From an uncultured Planctomycetota bacterium (GTDB lineage Bacteria; Planctomycetota; Planctomycetia; Isosphaerales; Isosphaeraceae), in assembly GCA_963823665.1 (NCBI GenBank), contig CAWGMQ010000006.1, forward strand, positions 480,001 through 544,000: a DNA stretch of 64,000 nucleotides, written 5' to 3'. Below the pieces are notes generated by a model. The model was given only the letters and a program-made list of their open reading frames with translations. It made no database searches and was not told the DNA's origin. Every line of letters begins with the position of its first letter. Position 1 is the first letter of the stretch. Of the stretch, positions 56,301 through 64,000 are shown in pieces. The translations under genes and the position numbers were made by a program.

Positions 56301-59300
56301 ATCTCCGGCAACACAACCTTTGGTGTTCAGATCACGGGTGCGGGCGCAACGAGCAACGTCGTCGAGGGGAACCTGATCGGCACGGGCATCACGGGGACGG
56401 TGGCAATCGCCAACGCCACGGGCGTCGAGCTCGATACCGGCGCCACCGGCAACACGATCGGCGGCACGTCGGCCGGGCGCGAAATCTCATTTCGGGGAAC
56501 CTCTCCTATGGCGTGTCAACCGATACCACCGCGGGGGCAAACGTAATCGAGGGCGACTACATCGGCACCGATGCGACCGGAAATGTCGGGTTGTCCGATG
56601 GGACCGGGATCGACATCGCCTCGGCGGGCAATACCATCGGCGGCACCGCGTCGGGCGCGGCAAACGTGATCGCCGGGAATGACGGCACGGGCTACTCCAC
56701 CGCCGGTACGCAAATATTCCTGGACACTTCCGCGAGTGACAACCTGGTTCAGGGGAATTACATTGGCCTCGGAGCCGACGGCCTTGCCCTGGCCGGCGCG
56801 ACCGGCTCCGGCGTGTATATCAACCATGCGACTGGAGAGACGATCGGCGGCGTCACGGCCGCGGCCCGGAACGTGATCTCGGGAAATTCAGGGGCTGGTG
56901 TTGAGATATTGGGCGGCTCCGACAACCTGATCGCGGGCGACTATATCGGCACCGATCCGACGGGCACTACAGCCATCGGCAACGGCCCACTGAACTCAAA
57001 CAATGACGTCGCGATCGGAGGCGGCGCGACGAACAACACCGTGGGCGGCACGACATCCGGCGCCCGCAACATCATCTCCGCCGGTGGATTCGGCGTCTAC
57101 GTCTTTGGTCCGGCAACGACGGAGAACCTCGTCGAGGGCAACTACATTGGCACGGACAGCACGGGCACCGTGGCCCTGGCCAACGTCGTCGGAGTTGGTC
57201 TCTCCTCGTCAGGTGGCGGCAACACGATCGGCGGCGCGACCTCCACGCCCGGGACGGGAGCGGGCAATCTCATCGCGGGTAACAGCGACCAAGCCGTGGG
57301 ACTTGGCTCGGAGCCCGACGGGGACGTGATCCTGGGCAACGTGATCGGTGGAGTTGCCATACCGGGCGTCGGCACGTCGCCGGAAAACTTGATCGGCATC
57401 GGGGTGGGGGGCAGCACCGGCTTCGAGATCGGCGGCACGAGCCCGCAAGACGAGAATGTCATCTCGGGCAACACGGCCTATGGGGTGGAGATCTCCGGCA
57501 GCTCAAACAGTCTTGTCCAGGGTAACCTGATCGGCACCAACCTCCCCGGAAGCTCTGCCGTGCCCAACCAGATCGGCGTCTTGATCGAGGGCGGCTCGAC
57601 AAACATCACGATCGGCGGCACCACCGGCTCGCCCGCCAACGTGATCTCGGGCAACACGATCTACGGGTTACAGATCACGGGTGCGGGCACATCGAGCAAC
57701 GTCGTCGAGGGTGACTACATCGGTACCGACGTCACAGGCGCGATGGCGATTGCCAACGGCACGGGTGTCGAGATCGAAGTCGGCGCATCGGACAACACGA
57801 TCGGCGGCCTGACCACGACGCCGGGCGCCGGGGTGGGCAACGTGATCTCGGGCAACTCCAATAACGGGGTCTACTTGAGCGATGCCGGAACGGCCTCCAA
57901 CGCCATCGAAGGGAACCTCATCGGGACCGACGCAACCGGGTCCGCGCCGCTGGGGAACGTGGGCGACGGCGTCGCCGTGGAGGCCGGCGCGACCGGGGCC
58001 ATCATTGGCGGGGCGACCGCGGGCGCGGGCAACGTCATCTCGAACAACAGCAACTACGGCGTCTACATCGACGCGAGCGGGGCCGTAGTCCAGGGTAACT
58101 TGATCGGCCTCGATTCAAGCGGCGTCAATGTCATGGGCAACTCTTACGGGGTCGGTATCGGTGCGAACGGCGTCACCGTCGGCGGCACGACCGCGCTCGC
58201 GCGGAACGTGATCGCGGCGAGCGCCGTGGACGGCGTCTTGATCGGGTCGAGCTCCGTCCTGGTCGAAGGGAACTTTATCGGGACCGACGCCTCGGGAGCT
58301 CATGCCCGGGGGAACAACCAAGGCATCGTCACCAACATCGGGGGCAGCAACACCATCGGCGGCACCGTGACCGGCGCGGGAAACCTGGTCTCCGGCAACA
58401 CCACCGATGGCATCGACTTGGATTTGTCCAACAGCAACCTCGTTGTCGGCAACTTGGTCGGTACAGACTCGACCGGAAATCTCCGGCTGGGCAACGAGTA
58501 CGGACTGGCGGTATTCGGGTCGAGCAACACAATCGGCGGACTGACCGGCGCCAGCGCCGGGAACGTGGTCTCTGCCAACCTCTTCGACGGCATCATCATC
58601 GCCTCGGGCACCGGCAACCTGATCGAGGGGAACGACGTCGGGACCAACGCGGCCGGCACCGCCGCACTGGGCAACGGGGCCTTGGGCGCCATCGATGTCC
58701 AGAGCGGCCCGAACACCGTCGGCGGCACGACCGCCGGGGCCGGCAACCTCGTCTCGGGCAACCTCTCGGACGGCATCATCCTCACGAGTTCCGCAAGCGC
58801 TGTCCTGGTTGCGGGCAACATCGTGGGCTTGAGCGCCTCCGGCAACGCCGCGATCGGCAATGTCCTCGGCATCGAGATCGACGGGTCGAACAACACGATC
58901 GGCGGCACCACCTCCGGCGCCGGCAACGTCATCTCGGGGAACACCGGCGCCGGCGTCGAGTTAAACGGCGCGGGGGCGTCTGCCAACGTTGTGGTGGGCG
59001 ATGATATTGGCACCAATGCCGCGGGCACCGCCGCCTTCGGCAATGGCAGCGACGGTGTGGAGATCACCAACAGCGCCACGGGCGACACGATCGGCGGCAC
59101 GACGGCTGGGGCGGGCAACGTCATCTCCGGCAACACAGGCGACGGCGTCGAGATCACCGGCACCGGCACGACCGGCAACCTCGTCGCGGGCAACTTGATC
59201 GGCACCGACTCAAGCGGCACGGCGGCGCTGGGTAACCTCGTTGCCGGCGTAGAGATCGACACGGGCGCCTCGGCCAACTTGATCGGCGGCACTACGGCTT

Positions 59301-62300
59301 CGGCCCGTAACATCATCTCCGCCAACGGCTATTCCGGTGTGCAGATCTACGAGGCGAACGACAACCTCGTCGAGGGCAACTACGTCGGCACCGATAAGAC
59401 CGGGACTATCGCCTTAGGCAACAACGTGGGCTCCGGGGCATTTGGCGACGGTTTCGGCGGCGTCACGCTTGACGGTGGTTCTTCCGGCAATACGATCGGC
59501 GGCCTCACCGCGACCCCGGGCTCGGGCGCCGGTAACGTCATCTCCGGGAACATCTTCGCGGGAGTGTTATTGTACTTCGCCGGATCCGACAATTTAGTGG
59601 CCGGCAATCTGATCGGCACTGACTCGACCGGCGGCGTTGCCCTGGGAAACCTCATCGATCCCCTATTGAACTATGGCGGGGCCGGCGTCGGTGTTGAGTA
59701 CTCGAGCGACACCACCGTGGGTGAGCTGGGCGGGCGTAACGTGATCTCGGGCAACGGCCCCGGCACCGTCGACGGTACCAACGTTTACCTGTTGAGCTCC
59801 ACCGGAAGCGTTGTCCAGAGCAACTTTATCGGTACCGACATCACCGGGACCGTCGCCCTCTCCACCAATACATTGAACGGCGTCTATTTCCAATACGGGT
59901 CGTATACGATCGGCGGACTCACGCCGACGCCGGGCACGGGACTGGGCAACGTCATCTCGGGCAATTCGATCGGCATTTATTACTCGGGCGATACCGTGCC
60001 CGACGGCGTCAACATCGAAGGCAACATCATCGGCGCCGATGCGACCGGTACGCACGAGCTGCCAAACCCCAATGGGGGCATGATTTTCTATCAGGTCAGC
60101 CTTGTCACGATCGGCGGCACCGCGGCCGGCGCGGGGAACCTGATCTCGGGAGATAATCGCCCCGGCAGCGAGGGCGACATCTACCTGGATGATTCGACGG
60201 ATAACGCGGTCAAGGGCAACTTCATCGGCACCGACATCACGGGCAAGTTCGGCCTACAGGCCCTGCCAGGCGATCAGAACGGCATCGGCGTGAACATCGG
60301 ACTCGGATCGACGGATAACACCATCGGCGGCATCACCGCGGCGGATCGGAATATCATTTCCGGCGTGGTCAACGGCCCCGGCGTCTACATTTTCGGCACC
60401 GGCACAACGGGCAACACGGTCGAAGGTAACTTCATCGGCACCGACTTGACGGGCAGTGTCGCGATTGCCAACGCAGTCGGCGTTGAGATCGAAACGGGGG
60501 CGAGCGGCAACCTGATCGGCGGCACAGCCGCCGGCGCGGGCAACGTCATCTCGGGGAACGCTGTCGACGGTATCGATATCGGCGGCACGGCGACGTCTGG
60601 AAACGTGGTGGCCGGCAATGACATCGGTACCGACGTCACGGGCACGGTCGCGCTGGGCAACCTGGCTGACGGCGTGGTGATTGACACGGGTGCATCGGGC
60701 AACTTGATCGGCGGAACAACGGCCTCGGCCCGCAACATCATCGCCGCCAACGATGGTTCCGGCGTGGAGATCGACGACGCGAACGACAACCAGGTCGAAG
60801 GCAATTACGTCGGCACCGACAAGACCGGGACCGTCGGGCTGGGCAACAACCAGATCTTGAAGAACATCGCCGACGGCGGCATCTCGCTCGAAAACGGCGC
60901 TGCCGGCAACACCATCGGCGGACTCACCGCGACCCCGGGCACCGGCGCGGGGAACCTCGTCTCGGACAACGCCAACGGGGGGGTGGTACTCAACTACGCG
61001 GGATCGAACAATTTGGTGGCCGGCAACCTGATCGGCACCGACTCGACCGGCACGGTTGCTCTTGGCAACCTCCCCGACACCCCCGCGCTTTACGGCGGGT
61101 ATGGCGTCGACCTCAACTACTCGCCCGGCAACACGGTGGGTGAGCCGGGCGGGCGCAACGTGATCTCCGGCAACGGCGCCGTCGGCCCCGGCATCACCAA
61201 CACCGCCAACGTCATCGTGTATTACTCGTCCGGCAGCGCGGTCCAGAGCAACTTTATCGGCACCGACATCTCCGGGACCGTCGCCATCTCCAGCAACACC
61301 TACAACATGTACGTCGGAGGAGGGTCGTCGATCACGATCGGCGGAATCACACCGACGCCGGGCACGGGATTGGGCAACGTCATCTCGGGCAATAGCGGCG
61401 AGTTTGGCCTGGGTATCGCGGGCGTCACCGGGCCCGTCGTCGTCGAAGGCAACATCATCGGCGCCGATGCGAGCGGCGAGCACGAGCTGCCGAACGCGGT
61501 GTCGGGCGTCTTTCTCTCTCAGGCCAGCGGCGTCACGATCGGCGGGGCCGCGGCCGGCGCGGGAAACCTGATCTCGGGAGATAATCGATATGGGAACGAG
61601 GGTAACATCTTCCTGGATGATTCATCGGATAACGCGGTTGAGGGCAACCTGATCGGCACCGACATCACCGGCGAAGCTCGGCTACCTGCCCTCTCGGGCG
61701 ATGTGTACGGCACCGGAGTGATCATCGCCGACGGATCAAGCGGTAACACCGTCGGCGGCACAACGGCAGCGGCCCGGAACATCATCTCGGGAATCGACGG
61801 CCCGGGCGTCTACATCGGTGCGGAATTCGTCCCTGGCTCGGTCTCGTCCGGCAACGTCGTCCTAGGCAATTACATCGGCACCGACGCCGCGGAGACCACC
61901 GCCCTAGCCAACGACGGCGATGGCGTGGAGATCGCGACCGGCGCCACGGGCAACACGATCGGCGGCACCGTGGCCGGAGCGGGCAATGTGATTTCGGGCA
62001 ACACGAACGACGGCGTAGAAATCTCGGGCACGGGTACATCGGGTAACGCCGTCGATGGTGACTTCATCGGCACTGACGTGACAGGCACGGTGGCGATTGC
62101 CAACGCCACGGGCGTCGAGCTCGATGCCGGCGCCTCCGGCAACGCGATCGGCAGCATAACCGCTGGCGCGGGTAATACGATCGCGGACAACACGGGTGAC
62201 GGCGTGCAGGTCGTCGGCAACGGCACGACCGGCAACCCGATCCGTGGTAACTCGATTTTCGGCAACGGCGTCCTGGGCATCGAGCTCGGCACGAGTGGGG

Positions 62301-64000
62301 TGCCCTCGACCAACGTTCTCGGTGGATCGACGAGCGGGCCGAACAATGACGAGAACTACCCTGTCCTCACGATCGTGAGCTACACGCCCGGCGTCGGCAC
62401 GACCATCGCCGGCGATATCAACACCGCGCCGAACACCACTGTCTTCGTCGATTTTTACACCGATGCAGTCGAGGGCCAAGGAGGCTACGGCCAGGGCCAG
62501 ACGTATGTTGGCAGCGTGACTGTGACCACGACCAACGACGGTAACGCCTCGTTTACCTACCTGAGCACGTCCCTCCCACGGAACGCGATCGTTTCGGCGA
62601 CGACGACGGACCCGGGAAATACGTCGGAGTTCTCGCTCGACCAAGCTGAGGACACGCCACCGATCGCCGAGCTGGTTGCGCGGCCGAGCCCGGCGGGCTC
62701 TCCGGCGACCACCTTCAACGAAGGACAGACCATCACGTTCGACGGCTCGGGCTCGTTTAGCCCCGACGGCGATGCGCTCTCCTATACCTGGGATTTCAAC
62801 GATGGGACTCCGCTCGTCACCACCTCGACGCCGACGGAGACGCACGCTTATGACTACGACGGAACCTATGTCGTCACCCTGACCGTCAACGACGGCCACG
62901 GCGGGATCGAGAGCAACATCGACATCCTGACGATTAACAAGCTGCCGCCAACGATCACCTTCAACCCGCTGCCGGCGTCGCTCGCTGTGGGGACCACGCT
63001 TCACTTGACCGGCACGATCGACGACCCGACCCCGGACCTCGAGACCGTCGTTCTCAACTGGGGCGACGGCTCGTACCCCACGACCCTGCACTTGGCCGCG
63101 GGGAGCTCGACGTTCTCGGTCTCCCACGACTACGCCTCGCCGCTTCCCGGGGGCGCGACCACGGCCACGCTCGGCGCGACCGTGACCGACGCCTCCAACC
63201 CAGCCGCGTCGCCTAAGCCGTCACCCCTCGGACCCCTCTCGCCGACGCCCACATTCGATGTCGGCGGCTTGAGCGGATCAACCTCGGCCATGCTGACGGT
63301 CTTTCAGCAAGTGCCCACGATCGCCGGTCTGACCCTCAGCCAGTCCACGGTCAACGTCGGCGGCACAACCACGCTCTCGGGGACGATCGTGGACCCGAAC
63401 CCGGTCGTCTCGCACACGGTGACGATCCAGTGGGGCGATCCATCCCCCGCGACCACCCTGGATTTGCCCCCCGGCGACCTGGCGTTTTCGAGCGCGCACC
63501 AGTACGACAGCACTCCCGGCGACTCGCTTTCCGGCGCGTGGCCGATCGATGTGACGGTCGTCAACAGCAATCTCCTCTCGGGCGCCGTCGCGCCGCCCGC
63601 CGTCACCGCCGTCGACGTGTCGCCGGTCGTTCAGATAGAGAGCCTTCCGCTCTCGACCGCGGGCTCGCTCGTCTCGCTGCTCGCCAACGCAATCGAGCCG
63701 CCGGGAACGATCAACCAGCTCACCTACCAGTGGACCCTCACCACCGGCGGTGCCTTCTACGCATCGGGGACCGGCCAGACCCTTTCGTTCGTCTCGATCA
63801 GCGGCGGAGTGTTCACGGCGACAGTCGTGGTCACCGACCAGGACGGCGCGACCGGGCAGGCCAGCGCGCAGGTTGTCGTCGGCCCATCGACTCCGAATAA
63901 CACCGTCATTTTCAATCCGGCCGGCGGCGGGCTGGTCACGATCACGGCCGACGGCACGACCTCCAACCCATTCGCACCCGGCAACGGAATCATCTATTAC
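47352..64000 (+). CDS. Giant secreted parallel beta-helix repeat protein with LamG and PKD domains (>5,500 aa, 3' end beyond the window edge); frameshift near 56477
   Basis: Arg/Lys-rich N-terminus plus LEKRMMLA; ADSGAGSLRQAI; dozens of NTIGGT.AGAGN.ISGN...GN.IGTD.TG repeats; LamG-like segment about 50920-51560; PKD-like FDGSGSFSPDGDALSYTWDFNDG about 62650-62940. After GCCGGG at 56477 the shifted frame resumes ARNLISGN and is the same frame at base 64000. Confidence 0.9.

Noticed and set aside
47900..62300. Periodic DNA repeats as a CRISPR array or diversity-generating retroelement
   Set aside because: The repeats are in-frame protein repeats with synonymous variation. There is no reverse transcriptase in the window and I saw no adenine-specific mismatch pattern.
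47363..63993. Many minus-strand ORFs (e.g. 54348..55919, 60254..61483, 61904..63127)
   Set aside because: They are antisense shadows of the giant plus-strand repeat gene.

Overview
GC-rich bacterial DNA, most likely Planctomycetota (inferred from LExRxLL-type N-termini, ECF sigma/Ser-Thr kinase pairs, a sulfatase and a Uma2 gene). Two giant, outward-facing secreted repeat-protein genes bracket the window, and both run off the edges (left >4,900 aa, right >5,500 aa). Each lies beside an ECF sigma factor plus Hanks-type Ser/Thr kinase cluster: 2 sigmas and 5 kinases in total, with WD40, TPR or AAA C-termini. The strongest new observation is a pair of bipartite, fixed-spacing motifs. TTGGCG-N18-CGGCTAAAG occurs twice upstream of the left giant gene. 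TTTTTC-N-TGTCCCG-N13-GCGCAGT-YYTA occurs upstream of both the right sigma gene and the right giant gene. Together they suggest kinase-activated ECF sigma modules that each switch on their own giant surface protein (inference). The middle holds a small-ORF/trypsin-like protease pair, REP-like palindromes, a heme-c/copper monooxygenase-like gene, a sulfatase, a Uma2 nuclease and a serine hydrolase. About 11 apparent frameshifts are most likely sequencing or assembly indels. I saw no rRNA, tRNA, transposase, integrase or cas gene.
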